Origin: a bacterium
GTDB taxonomy: Bacteria; Patescibacteriota; Minisyncoccia; UBA6257; WO2-44-18
DNA: 53,595 nt
Reading direction: 5' to 3'
NCBI GenBank assembly: GCA_030698695.1
Contig: JAUYMR010000012.1
Span: 1 to 53,595, forward strand
Under the pieces are notes generated by a model that searched no databases, had not been told where the DNA came from, and was given only the letters and a program-made list of their open reading frames with translations. Positions 19,144 to 28,468 of the stretch are shown one piece after another (position 1 is the stretch's first letter; each line of letters begins with the position of its first letter). A program made the position numbers and the translations under genes.

Positions 19144-19698
19144 ATGGAAAAACCTAAATATAAAATTTGCATATCGGGTTCCGCGGTTACTGACTCTTGT
19201 GAGCCGGGGGCTATAGAAAAAGCTGAATTATTGGGCAAAGAAATTGCTAAGCGTGGTTTAGTATTGGTTACTGGGGCGACTACGGGCATACCCCAATGGT
19301 CAGCTAAGGGAGCTAAGGAAGCTGGGGGCGTAGTCATAGGTTTGTCTCCTGCAGTGTCCGAAGAGGATCACGTCAACAATTTCAAATTACCCGTAGATTA
19401 TCACGACCTTATTATTTATACGGGATTTAATTATTCAGGAAGAAATCTGTTATTAACTAGATCGGCCGATGCTGTTATAACTGTTTGCGGTCGCATGGGA
19501 ACGCTTAATGAATTTACGATTGCTTTTGAGGATGGCAAGCCGCAAGGCGTTTTGTTGGGCAGTGGTGGCATAGCCGATATGATGCCTCAAATCATAGAAA
19601 AAGCCCATCGTGGTCCCGGTAAGGTGGTGATGTCGGAAGATGTGGGTGAATTATTGGATAAAGTTATTTCTTTAATTGATGGCGATAAAACTAATTAA
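19144..19698 (+). CDS. LOG/SLOG-family protein (TIGR00725-like)
   Basis: LVTGATTGIP, GRNLLLTRSADA, GRMGTLNE. Confidence 0.85.
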   Translation: MEKPKYKICISGSAVTDSCEPGAIEKAELLGKEIAKRGLVLVTGATTGIPQWSAKGAKEAGGVVIGLSPAVSEEDHVNNFKLPVDYHDLIIYTGFNYSGRNLLLTRSADAVITVCGRMGTLNEFTIAFEDGKPQGVLLGSGGIADMMPQIIEKAHRGPGKVVMSEDVGELLDKVISLIDGDKTN

Positions 19699-19719
19699 AA
19701 TAAATAAAGTTATTTTAAT

Positions 19720-19986
19720 ATGGCGAAATCTTTAAAAAAACCAAAATCTATCGGCAAAGTGACTCATTATTATGGCGGAATTAAAGTGGCGATTGTTAAA
19801 TTCAATAAAGCTATAAAAATTGGCGCGCAATTAAGATTCAATGGTTCTACTACTGATTTTGTTCAAGATTTGAAATCAATGCAGTACGATCATAAAGATA
19901 TTACTATGGCCAAAAAAGGACAAGAAGTGGGTGTTAAGGTTAAAAATAAGGTTAGGGAATATGATGAAGTTTACGAACTAAAATAG
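19720..19986 (+). CDS. small beta-barrel protein (translation factor domain II / U32 C-terminal-like)
   Basis: IGKVTHYYGGIKVAIV, SMQYDH, GQEVGVKV, KVREYDEVY. Confidence 0.75.
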   Translation: MAKSLKKPKSIGKVTHYYGGIKVAIVKFNKAIKIGAQLRFNGSTTDFVQDLKSMQYDHKDITMAKKGQEVGVKVKNKVREYDEVYELK

Positions 19987-19995
19987 TCATATATA

Positions 19996-20484
19996 ATGTT
20001 GGATCAAATTTTGTCTCAGGGTAATTTGGAAATTTTTGGACAGCTATCATTAGCCGTTCTTTTGGGCGCCGCTATTGGTATGGAGCGGGAATTAGCCCGT
20101 AAAACAGCCGGTATGCGTACGTTCGCTCTAGTTTCCATGGGCGCGGCGCTTTTTTCTATTATTTCTAAATTTGCTTTTGTGGAATTCTGGGGTGTTCCCG
20201 GCTTTGATCCGTCTCGTATTGCCTCACAGGTTGTTGTTGGTATAGGTTTTTTGGGCGCCGGCTTGATAATATTAAGACAAGATAAAATTCAAGGATTAAC
20301 TACCGCCGCTGGTTTATGGGTTTCGGCAGCTATCGGCATGGCGGTCGGGTTCGGGTTATATACAGTAGCCATGTTCGCTACAATATTAACCATTATAATT
20401 CTTTTAGTTTTGTGGGCTTTTGAGCACAAAATAGTTAAACGCTTGCAATATAGTCAAGACGAATTAAATAATGAAGATCGGTAA
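19996..20484 (+). CDS. MgtC/SapB family membrane protein
   Basis: IGMERE, AGMRTFALV, DPSRIASQVVVGIGFLGAG, GLTTAA. Confidence 0.95.
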   Translation: MLDQILSQGNLEIFGQLSLAVLLGAAIGMERELARKTAGMRTFALVSMGAALFSIISKFAFVEFWGVPGFDPSRIASQVVVGIGFLGAGLIILRQDKIQGLTTAAGLWVSAAIGMAVGFGLYTVAMFATILTIIILLVLWAFEHKIVKRLQYSQDELNNEDR

Positions 20485-21607
20485 AGATTATTGGGTTGCG
20501 ATTAGTCTATTGGCTGGAGCAATAATCGGAGCTGGTATGTTTTCTCTGCCGTTTGTTTTTCAATCATCCGGACTCACCTCGGGATTTTTTTATTTAATAC
20601 TAATTACGGTAATTTATGCCATTGTTCATCTTATGTATGCCGACGTGATTTTACGCACTAAGGAAAGGCATCGTTTTGTGGGATATGCCAATGTTTATTT
20701 AGGTCAGAATTTATTTTGGCTTACTGTCGCGATGACGGTAGTAGAAATGATTTTTGTGCTAGCAATCTATTTAGTTTTGTCTCAAAGCTTTGTCGGTTTA
20801 ATTGTGCCCTCGTCTGGCAATTTGACTCAATTGCTTGTTTTTTGGTTGATCGGTTCAGTAGCTATTTTTGCCTCTTTGAGGCGCTTGGCTTTTCTAGAAT
20901 CATTGATCACGATCGGAATGGTATTGATAATAATCGTTATTTTTATTTTGGCTTGGTTCAATTATACTGATTTGCCGGATAATTTATGGAAAATCAATTT
21001 CTCCAATATATTATTTCCCTTGGCGCCCATCCTATTTTCTTTATCTGGCAGAGTAGCTATACCTATTTTGATTGACTTCGCTAAGCTAAAAGGCCGCAAG
21101 CCCAGCTTCATCAAAAGATCTGTCATTTGGGGCATCGTTATCCCGGCGATTATCTATGGTTTGTTTGCTATAGGAATTATTATGTTGTCGGGGTCGGCTT
21201 CCGTTGACGCTGTTTCTGGGTTGATAGGAAAAACTTCGCCAACGATATTGATGATTGTCGGCTTTTTGGGACTACTCTCCATATTTAGTTCCTATATCTT
21301 AATTGGTTCAGATATTAAAGAAACTCTGCGCTATGATTTACAGATGCCCGGTTGGTTGAGATTATTGATCGTTGTCGGATCGCCAGTGTTTCTTTATTTT
21401 ATTGGTTTTCAGGGATTGATTGGTCTTATAGGTATTGTCGGGGGTATTTTTCTTACCATTGAAGGAATTATGATGGTAGTTATTTGGCTCAGAGCCGACA
21501 AAATTTTATCGGAACCATCGCAATTGATCGGGGCATTTAGCAGGTCAATGACGTGGGTTTTGATCTTAGTGTTTGCGGTTACTTTTGTGTATGAGATAAT
21601 TAAATAG
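20471..21607 (+). CDS. aromatic amino acid permease family (HAAAP) transporter
   Basis: GAIIGAGMFSLP N-terminal motif, about 11 TM. Confidence 0.85.
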   Translation: MKIGKDYWVAISLLAGAIIGAGMFSLPFVFQSSGLTSGFFYLILITVIYAIVHLMYADVILRTKERHRFVGYANVYLGQNLFWLTVAMTVVEMIFVLAIYLVLSQSFVGLIVPSSGNLTQLLVFWLIGSVAIFASLRRLAFLESLITIGMVLIIIVIFILAWFNYTDLPDNLWKINFSNILFPLAPILFSLSGRVAIPILIDFAKLKGRKPSFIKRSVIWGIVIPAIIYGLFAIGIIMLSGSASVDAVSGLIGKTSPTILMIVGFLGLLSIFSSYILIGSDIKETLRYDLQMPGWLRLLIVVGSPVFLYFIGFQGLIGLIGIVGGIFLTIEGIMMVVIWLRADKILSEPSQLIGAFSRSMTWVLILVFAVTFVYEIIK

Positions 21608-21641
21608 GAAGCGATTATAAATTGTTTAATAGTATGAGTTT

Positions 21642-22163
21642 GTGATAAAAATATTTAGGAAAAAATATAATACAAAACTACCCCAAGCCGGTAATGATAT
21701 TGAAGAGTTCGGCGGAGGAAAAAAAGGATTGTGGTTTTGTGGTATTTGTCAGGCGGTATATTTCAAAAAATCTTGGCATCACAACTTAGTCAATCTTAAG
21801 ATATCTGACAATAAGGACGCGTTAGTAAAATTCACCATATGTCCGTCTTGCAAGATGATTAAAGATAAGCAATATGAGGGAATAATCGTTATCAAAAAAA
21901 TACCGTCAGATAGAGCCGTTAAGTTGAATTTAGACGAATTTATTACATCTTTTTGTCGGTGCGCTTACGAGATAGATCCGATGGATCGATTAATTTCTTT
22001 GATCAAAAATGGTGGGAGTTGGATCATTACTACGACCGAAAATCAACTAGCTAATAAACTGGCGCGCCGGATTAAAAACAAGTTTAAGACCGCTAAAACT
22101 AAAATCAATTTTCAAAAAGAGCCCGGGGATGTTGTTAATATAACCTTGGAATTTATCTCTTAG
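21642..22163 (+). CDS. zinc-binding protein (BCAM0308/NMD3-like)
   Basis: CGICQAVY..KSW, CPSC, DPMDRL, TTENQLANKLAR. Confidence 0.7.
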   Translation: MIKIFRKKYNTKLPQAGNDIEEFGGGKKGLWFCGICQAVYFKKSWHHNLVNLKISDNKDALVKFTICPSCKMIKDKQYEGIIVIKKIPSDRAVKLNLDEFITSFCRCAYEIDPMDRLISLIKNGGSWIITTTENQLANKLARRIKNKFKTAKTKINFQKEPGDVVNITLEFIS

Positions 22164-22166
22164 CCG

Positions 22167-23492
22167 ATGAAGCTAACGAAGGCGATTTTCTATTTGTTTC
22201 TAGCAAGCATCCCATTGGGGACTAGGTTTTTAGTGTATCAATTCACTTCGGGATTTCATGAATACGAAGCAATTTTTTTATATGCTAGCGATATATTATT
22301 GATATCTTTTTTATTTTTGGTATTTTTTCAACATTCCAACATTCTTAAGAATGTTGGAATGTTGCGTGGGGGATGGGCTTTGATTTTCTTTGTGGTTTTA
22401 AGTGGCGTCTCTATTTTTTGGGCGACAGCTATCGGATTAGCAATTTATAATTTTATCAAATTGTGTTTGCTGGTTTTAATGGCGCTAGCTATTGTTCAAT
22501 GGTTAAGATCGGGATCAATTAGACTCAGTCATATTTTAATTATTTTAGCTGGCTCGGCCGCTTTTCAATCGTTGTTGGGATTTTGGCAATTTCTTAAGCA
22601 GGCCAGTATCGGTTTGGGGTTTTTAGGCGAGTCAGTTCTCGGACCAACTATAGGTGGCTCAGCCAAGATCATTGTTAACGGAGCGCCCATTTTGCGCGCC
22701 TACGGCACGTTTCCGCATCCCAATGTTCTAGCGGCGTTTTTATTGTTGGGGCTGTTTAGTCTATATTATTTGTGGTTTGGATATAATACAAACGGCACAA
22801 ACGTAATGCGCGCATCGCTAGTTAGATTTTTTTTAGTTGGAGGATTTTTTGTTGTGATTTTGGGTTTGATTTTGACTTTTTCTCGCTCCGCTTGGGTCAT
22901 AGGCTTATTTTCAACAATGGCATTTAGCATTTATTGGTTGGTGCTTAAAGTCTCGCGCCGTCCCGCGATGTTTTTAGTGTTAGCACTTCTTACTATCAGC
23001 TCCCTACTACTAGTCATCTTCAATTCTTATATTTTCCCACGCGCTCATATTTCTGCCAGCGAGCCAGCAGTGGTTTATCGTTTGGAATATAATAAATTGG
23101 GAATGGATTTAATTAAAAATAATCTTTTAGGAGTCGGCATCGGTAATCAGGTTCTGTATTCGGTGCGTGAAGGTGTTTATCAAAAATTTGGCATGGATCA
23201 AGTTTGGCAATGGCAACCAATTCATAACATTTATTTGCTAATCGCGTCTGAAGTGGGAATCGTTGGATTTTTATTTTTTATGGTTTTTATCGGTTATTTA
23301 ATTTTTGATTTAAGACGTCTATCATTTAACCCCTCGCACCCGACAATGTTAATAATGCTTATGGCGTTATTAATATTCGGTCTAGTTGATCATTTTCTTT
23401 GGACATTGCAACCAGGCAAACTTATGTTGTGGTTAGTTGTGGGTATGGCGATAGCGCGGAGCGTTGAGGTGGCCAGCCTTGCTTCTTCCTAA
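22167..23492 (+). CDS. O-antigen ligase (Wzy_C) family membrane protein
   Basis: RAYGTFPHPNVLA, TFSRSAW, LGVGIGN, PIHNIYLLIASEVGIVG. Confidence 0.9.
   Translation: MKLTKAIFYLFLASIPLGTRFLVYQFTSGFHEYEAIFLYASDILLISFLFLVFFQHSNILKNVGMLRGGWALIFFVVLSGVSIFWATAIGLAIYNFIKLCLLVLMALAIVQWLRSGSIRLSHILIILAGSAAFQSLLGFWQFLKQASIGLGFLGESVLGPTIGGSAKIIVNGAPILRAYGTFPHPNVLAAFLLLGLFSLYYLWFGYNTNGTNVMRASLVRFFLVGGFFVVILGLILTFSRSAWVIGLFSTMAFSIYWLVLKVSRRPAMFLVLALLTISSLLLVIFNSYIFPRAHISASEPAVVYRLEYNKLGMDLIKNNLLGVGIGNQVLYSVREGVYQKFGMDQVWQWQPIHNIYLLIASEVGIVGFLFFMVFIGYLIFDLRRLSFNPSHPTMLIMLMALLIFGLVDHFLWTLQPGKLMLWLVVGMAIARSVEVASLASS
22329..22364. repeat. perfect 36-bp palindrome in frame within the O-antigen ligase gene
   Basis: CAACATTCCAACATTCTTAAGAATGTTGGAATGTTG equals its own reverse complement. 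Confidence 0.9.
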
Positions 23493-23560
23493 AATTCATA
23501 GTATAATTTCAGCAAAAGTTTGTAAGTTTTCTTTGACAATCAAAAATAGGAGGCGCAAAA

Positions 23561-24208
23561 GTGCACGATCACTGTCATAGGAGTCGCATGAAGCATGATT
23601 GTCTTAGTGGATATTGCGCGCGTGATATGAGTAGATATCGAGCAGTGCTTGGAATTACTCTGGGGATTGCTTTATTGGAGATTGTCGGCGGCATTTGGTC
23701 CGGCAGTCTAGCGCTGTTGTCTGACGCTGGTCATGTTGCTGGTGACGGGCTCGCCACGGTTATTTCCATAGTTGTCTATGTTGCGGTTCATAGACAGTCG
23801 TCGGAAGGAGAAAGTGCAATACGAGCGAGAGGCGCGTATATCCTCGGCGGACTATTTTTAATAACCGCCGGCTGGATTCTTTATGAGTCGTCTCAACGCT
23901 TTCGTGAAGATGTCCAGATCGCCACGCCAATGATGCTAGTGGTCGCTATGGTGGGGTTTCTGGGCAATTGTTGGCAAATGGGAGTAATGTCAGGTGGCAT
24001 TAAAAATATTACCAATCTAACTTTGGAGAGGCATTTTTGGACCGATGCCATTCAAAGCGTTGGGGTAATAGTTACCGGCTTGACCATTTGGTTAACTGGC
24101 TGGACGTCCATTGACGCCGTTTGTTCAACCATTATAGCGCTGGTCATTGCTTTTTATGGTTTGGCGACCATCAAATCGGCCCGCGCGATGACCGACTTAT
24201 CGTCTTGA
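23561..24208 (+). CDS. cation diffusion facilitator (Zn/Co/Cd) transporter lacking the C-terminal domain
   Basis: SGSLALLSDAGHVAGD, HFWTDAIQSVGV; His-rich N-terminus; SD AGGAGG. Confidence 0.88.
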   Translation: MHDHCHRSRMKHDCLSGYCARDMSRYRAVLGITLGIALLEIVGGIWSGSLALLSDAGHVAGDGLATVISIVVYVAVHRQSSEGESAIRARGAYILGGLFLITAGWILYESSQRFREDVQIATPMMLVVAMVGFLGNCWQMGVMSGGIKNITNLTLERHFWTDAIQSVGVIVTGLTIWLTGWTSIDAVCSTIIALVIAFYGLATIKSARAMTDLSS

Positions 24209-24217
24209 GAAGAATAT

Positions 24218-24264
24218 AAATACCCCCCGCCTTGTCCCGTTTACGGGACTTGGCGGGGTATTTT
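24218..24264 (+). terminator. intrinsic terminator
   Basis: AAATACCCC-CGCC-GTCCCGT-TT-ACGGGAC-GGCGGGGTATTT stem. Confidence 0.75.
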
Positions 24265-24330
24265 ATTTTAATTGACAACATTTCGCGTCTAGCCGCGAAA
24301 TTATCCGAATCTGTTATAATAAAAATGATT

Positions 24331-24903
24331 ATGGACAAAAGAAATCAATTGCGGCAGTTAGAATCGGAAATAGAATCCGATAAATCTTTGCCCCTACAAG
24401 AATCAAATTTAGTATTTGGAGAGGGTAATATTGACGCGCGGGTTATGTTTATTGGGGAGGCGCCCGGATCAACTGAGGATTTACAGAGGCGTCCGTTTGT
24501 TGGTCGCGGTGGCCAATTGCTTAATAAAATCTTGACCGAAATTGGTTGGAAACGCGAAGACGTTTATATTACCAATATCGTCAAAAGACGGCCGCCCGAT
24601 AATCGCGACCCGTTGCCGGAAGAAATTATCGTTTACCAGCCTTATCTTACTAAACAAATTGAGATTATTAATCCCAAAATAATAGCAACCCTGGGGAGAT
24701 TCGCTATGAATTATTTTATACCTACGGCTAAAATCAGCAGAGACCAGGGCAAGATTTTTAGAGTGGGTCGGCGTTTAATGATGCCCATTTATCACCCCGC
24801 CGCGGCTCTGCGAGCTACTAACGTTATGAAAGATTTTAAAGCAAGTTTTAGTAAATTGATCAAGGCGGTTGCCAAGGCGGATGAATTGTTGAGTAAACAA
24901 TGA
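24331..24903 (+). CDS. uracil-DNA glycosylase family 4
   Basis: VFGEG, GEAPG, PFVGRGG, YITNIVK, YHPAAALR. Confidence 0.93.
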   Translation: MDKRNQLRQLESEIESDKSLPLQESNLVFGEGNIDARVMFIGEAPGSTEDLQRRPFVGRGGQLLNKILTEIGWKREDVYITNIVKRRPPDNRDPLPEEIIVYQPYLTKQIEIINPKIIATLGRFAMNYFIPTAKISRDQGKIFRVGRRLMMPIYHPAAALRATNVMKDFKASFSKLIKAVAKADELLSKQ

Positions 24904-24966
24904 TCCGGAGGGGGTAATTATTTTTTGACGCCTCGCAAACTAGCTTGTTTTAGATATAATTATAGT

Positions 24967-25317
24967 ATGACTCAGACAGCGCTCGTTTATTTGATAAATC
25001 GCTTCTTCTATCGTTTAATAGGGTTTTTGCGTCACTGGTATGTTGGCGGATTTTTTGTTGTTGGGCATCGCGCGTTAGTTATTTTACAATTTTTAGATAA
25101 ACAATTAGCTCTCAAGGTTACATTTAGGCATTGGTTCAAGCCACTATATCAGGATTATACTATTTTGGGCTATATTTTGGGTTTATTTTTTAGAACTAGT
25201 AGGATTATTATCGCCACAGGGCTCTATCTTATTATCATCGTCGCGGCAGCCGTTGTTTATATCATTTGGGCCGCGGCGCCCTTGTATATTATTTATCGTG
25301 GAGTTCTGAATATATGA
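24967..25317 (+). CDS. small membrane protein translationally coupled to the Clp ATPase
   Basis: FLRHWY, FKPLYQDYTILGYILG; ATGA overlap with the next gene. Confidence 0.7.
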   Translation: MTQTALVYLINRFFYRLIGFLRHWYVGGFFVVGHRALVILQFLDKQLALKVTFRHWFKPLYQDYTILGYILGLFFRTSRIIIATGLYLIIIVAAAVVYIIWAAAPLYIIYRGVLNI

Positions 25318-27818
25318 ATCAAGAAATATATTTTAATGAGCCGCGATTAAAATTAACCTCAAGTGGTAGGTTTTTAGTCAGTTTCATTACATACCTTTTC
25401 TATGGCGTTGCGGTGGCATCGGCTGTAGTATTTTTGCTTTCTGATTTGATTTGGTTGCAGTCAATCGGATTTTTGTTGGCGGCTTTTTTATTGGATAGAT
25501 TATTGAATTTACGCAAAGCCGATAGATCAATAATTGCTATCGGGCAGAGCGGCAAAATAAATACGGCCGACTATCTATCTCCATCGGCTTATGCAGCCAT
25601 TGAACGTAGTCTGGAAAAATCTTTATTGGCTGGCGGAGACTTCTTTTTATACCTTATTGACAATTTAATTGGTCGCTCCGAGATTAAGAGCGGCCTTACG
25701 AGGTTAGATATAGATTTTGATGAGTTCACTAACAAATTAGCGCATCATCTACAAAATGTTCAATTCTCAAAACTAGACAAAGATGTTTTGTTGTTGCAAA
25801 TAGAAAAGCTGACCAACGCCGCCTTTCGCCAAGCAGTGCTTAGTCATAATTCCCAAATTGACCCTAAAGATATTTTTGCGGCCCTTAGTGATCTAGATGA
25901 TGAAAGCGTTGCTAGATTATTGAGACTTTTTAACATTGACGCCGGCGATTTGGAAAACGCGCTTATTTATAGCCGTTTTAAGAAATTTTTTTGGGGATTG
26001 CGTCGTTTGCCGGCTAGCTTAACCGGATTGACTAATAAATCGTTTGGGCGTCAACGCCGCATCATGAATCGCGCTTGGACGGCCAGACCAACTCCGACTT
26101 TAGATAGCTTTAGCAATGATCTTACCGATGCCGCTCACTCCGAAAAAATTGGTTTTTTGATAGGTCATAATGATGAATATGGTCGTCTGGTGGATGTATT
26201 GGCGCGTCCGAGTAATCCGAATGTGGTTTTGGTTGGCGATCCGGGTACTGGCAAAAGCACTTTAGTGGCCCATTTGGCATATCGCATTGTTCACGATACA
26301 GTTCCCGAGCCATTATTTGACAAGCGTTTAGTGGCTTTAGAAATAGGTCAGTTAGTTGCTGGAGCGGCCGAAGGAGAGCTACAGGAACGAATCAATAAGA
26401 TAATAAATGAGATTATAACTGCCGGGAATATTATTCTGTATATACCAGATATACACAATTTGATTAAAACCTCCGGTCAATTGCATTTGAGCGCGGCTGA
26501 TATTATTATGCCCGCGATTAAGGGTAATGCTTTTTCGGTCATTGGCGCGACTTACCCGCGCGAATATAAACAATACATTGAATCTAATAATGATTTTACT
26601 AGCTCGTTTGAATCCATAAAAGTCAAAGAAATTAGCGAAGATGAATCTATTAAGTTCTTGGTGTATGACAGTATTATTTTAGAGAAACAATATAAAATCA
26701 TTATCAGTTTCGCCGCTATCAAAAACGCTACTAGGCTGGCGCGTAAATATTTTCGTCAGAAATTATTGCCGGCTAGCGCTGAAGATCTGCTCAAAGAATC
26801 CTTGACCAACGCCGTTAAGAGGAAAGATAAAATTCTTAACGGGTCGGATGTTGTAGATGTGGCGCAGAGAAAAATAAATATCCCGCTGGAGTCGGCTAGT
26901 GGCGGGGAGGCCAAGAGACTGCTTAACTTAGAGGGATTGATACACGAACGCTTGATTGATCAAGAGGCGGCGGTTCGGGCCGTGGCCAGATCATTAAGAG
27001 AATATCGCAGTGGATTGAGTCGTCGGGGTGGACCGATAGCAACTTTTTTGTTTGTTGGTCCGACTGGCGTTGGCAAGACTGAACTGTCCAAGATTTTGTC
27101 TAAGATACAATTCGGTTCCAGCGACGCTATGATTAGGTTTGATATGTCGGAATACCAGAACAAAGACAGCTTACGCCGCTTTATCGGCTTACCTGATGGA
27201 TCTATCGGGGGGACTTTAACGGATGCCATTTTGGAGAGGCCCTATAGTTTGATTTTGTTGGACGAGTTTGAAAAAGCCCATCCGGATATATTAAATTTAT
27301 TCCTTCAGGTTTTTGATGATGGGCGTCTAACTGATAGTTTGGGTCGTACGGTGGATTTTCAAAATACGATAATCATCGCCACCAGCAATGCCCATTCCAA
27401 TTTTATTAAAGATGAAATTGAAAATGGCGTAGATATTAAAAATATTTCTGATAACTTGAAGAAGAAATTGACAGAGATTTTCAGGCCAGAATTGTTAAAT
27501 CGTTTTTCGGGGGTTATAGTATTTAGGAATTTGTTGCCGGAGCACATAGAGGCCATCGCAAGATTGCACCTTAAGGATTTAGCGAAGACTGTCGGAGAAC
27601 AGGGAATCGGCATATCGTTTGATGAATCTGCCATAAAGCAAATAGCTGCCATAGGTTATGATCCTATTTTTGGAGCTAGGCCGCTACGTAATGCCATTTC
27701 CGAAAATTTACGAAGTATTTTAGCAGAGAAAATTTTAGGCGGTGAATTTGTGAAAGGTAGTCAAGTTAGGGTTGTCTATGACAGGGAATTTAAATTTATT
27801 GCCAATAATTCTATATGA
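25314..27818 (+). CDS. ClpA/B-family AAA+ ATPase with N-terminal TM helices
   Basis: TPTLDSFSNDLT, GDPGTGKS, GPTGVGKTE, RFDMSEY, LLDEFEKAHP, FGARPLR. Confidence 0.92.
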   Translation: MNQEIYFNEPRLKLTSSGRFLVSFITYLFYGVAVASAVVFLLSDLIWLQSIGFLLAAFLLDRLLNLRKADRSIIAIGQSGKINTADYLSPSAYAAIERSLEKSLLAGGDFFLYLIDNLIGRSEIKSGLTRLDIDFDEFTNKLAHHLQNVQFSKLDKDVLLLQIEKLTNAAFRQAVLSHNSQIDPKDIFAALSDLDDESVARLLRLFNIDAGDLENALIYSRFKKFFWGLRRLPASLTGLTNKSFGRQRRIMNRAWTARPTPTLDSFSNDLTDAAHSEKIGFLIGHNDEYGRLVDVLARPSNPNVVLVGDPGTGKSTLVAHLAYRIVHDTVPEPLFDKRLVALEIGQLVAGAAEGELQERINKIINEIITAGNIILYIPDIHNLIKTSGQLHLSAADIIMPAIKGNAFSVIGATYPREYKQYIESNNDFTSSFESIKVKEISEDESIKFLVYDSIILEKQYKIIISFAAIKNATRLARKYFRQKLLPASAEDLLKESLTNAVKRKDKILNGSDVVDVAQRKINIPLESASGGEAKRLLNLEGLIHERLIDQEAAVRAVARSLREYRSGLSRRGGPIATFLFVGPTGVGKTELSKILSKIQFGSSDAMIRFDMSEYQNKDSLRRFIGLPDGSIGGTLTDAILERPYSLILLDEFEKAHPDILNLFLQVFDDGRLTDSLGRTVDFQNTIIIATSNAHSNFIKDEIENGVDIKNISDNLKKKLTEIFRPELLNRFSGVIVFRNLLPEHIEAIARLHLKDLAKTVGEQGIGISFDESAIKQIAAIGYDPIFGARPLRNAISENLRSILAEKILGGEFVKGSQVRVVYDREFKFIANNSI

Positions 27819-28468
27819 ACAAAATATTTAAGTTGAGACTACAATTTAATAGAATAGTAAGAGTTTTCGTAATGGTAGATTTCTTTTTTAATTCCGCCCT
27901 CGGTTTATTCGCTCCAGTTTTCGCTATATTTATTTTAGAAAACATTCAAGGCGGATCTGCTAGGGTCGTTGGTTTCGCGGCTGCTATTTATTGGATAGTA
28001 AAATCAATTTTTCAATTGCCGATTGCTCGTTTCTTAGATAAAACCGACGGCGAGAGTGATGATTTCTGGGTATTATCTATAGGATATTTTTTAACTAGTT
28101 TCGTGCCCCTGTTGTATATTTTAGTAAAAGAGCCGTGGCATCTTTATGTTATTCAAGGATTTTTCGGTTTTTGTATGGCCTGGGCCGTGCCGGCTTGGTA
28201 TGGTATTTTTACCAGGCATCTTGATAATGGTCGCATAAGTTTTGAATGGAGTTTGGAAAGTGTTATATCCGTCGGTTTAGCTACTTCAATTGCTACCGCG
28301 ACAGGTGGTTATATTGCTGACGTTTTCGGGTTTACAACATTGTTTACTATAGCTAGCGCGCTTTCTTTCGTGGCGACCTTCTCATTGCTATTAATCAGAA
28401 AAGATATAAAACCCATTGATCACAAACAGAAAGTAGTTCTAGAAAGGGTCAACCATCGATCACTATGA
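27815..28468 (+). CDS. half-size MFS transporter (about 6 TM)
   Basis: 217 aa, PIARFLDK, ATGGYIADVFGF. Confidence 0.78.
   Translation: MNKIFKLRLQFNRIVRVFVMVDFFFNSALGLFAPVFAIFILENIQGGSARVVGFAAAIYWIVKSIFQLPIARFLDKTDGESDDFWVLSIGYFLTSFVPLLYILVKEPWHLYVIQGFFGFCMAWAVPAWYGIFTRHLDNGRISFEWSLESVISVGLATSIATATGGYIADVFGFTTLFTIASALSFVATFSLLLIRKDIKPIDHKQKVVLERVNHRSL

Noticed and set aside
27550..27562. 13-nt match to the RAYT REP (AGGCCATCGCAAG) inside the Clp gene
   Set aside because: Partial, not palindromic, and encodes an ordinary EAIAR helix; probably chance.
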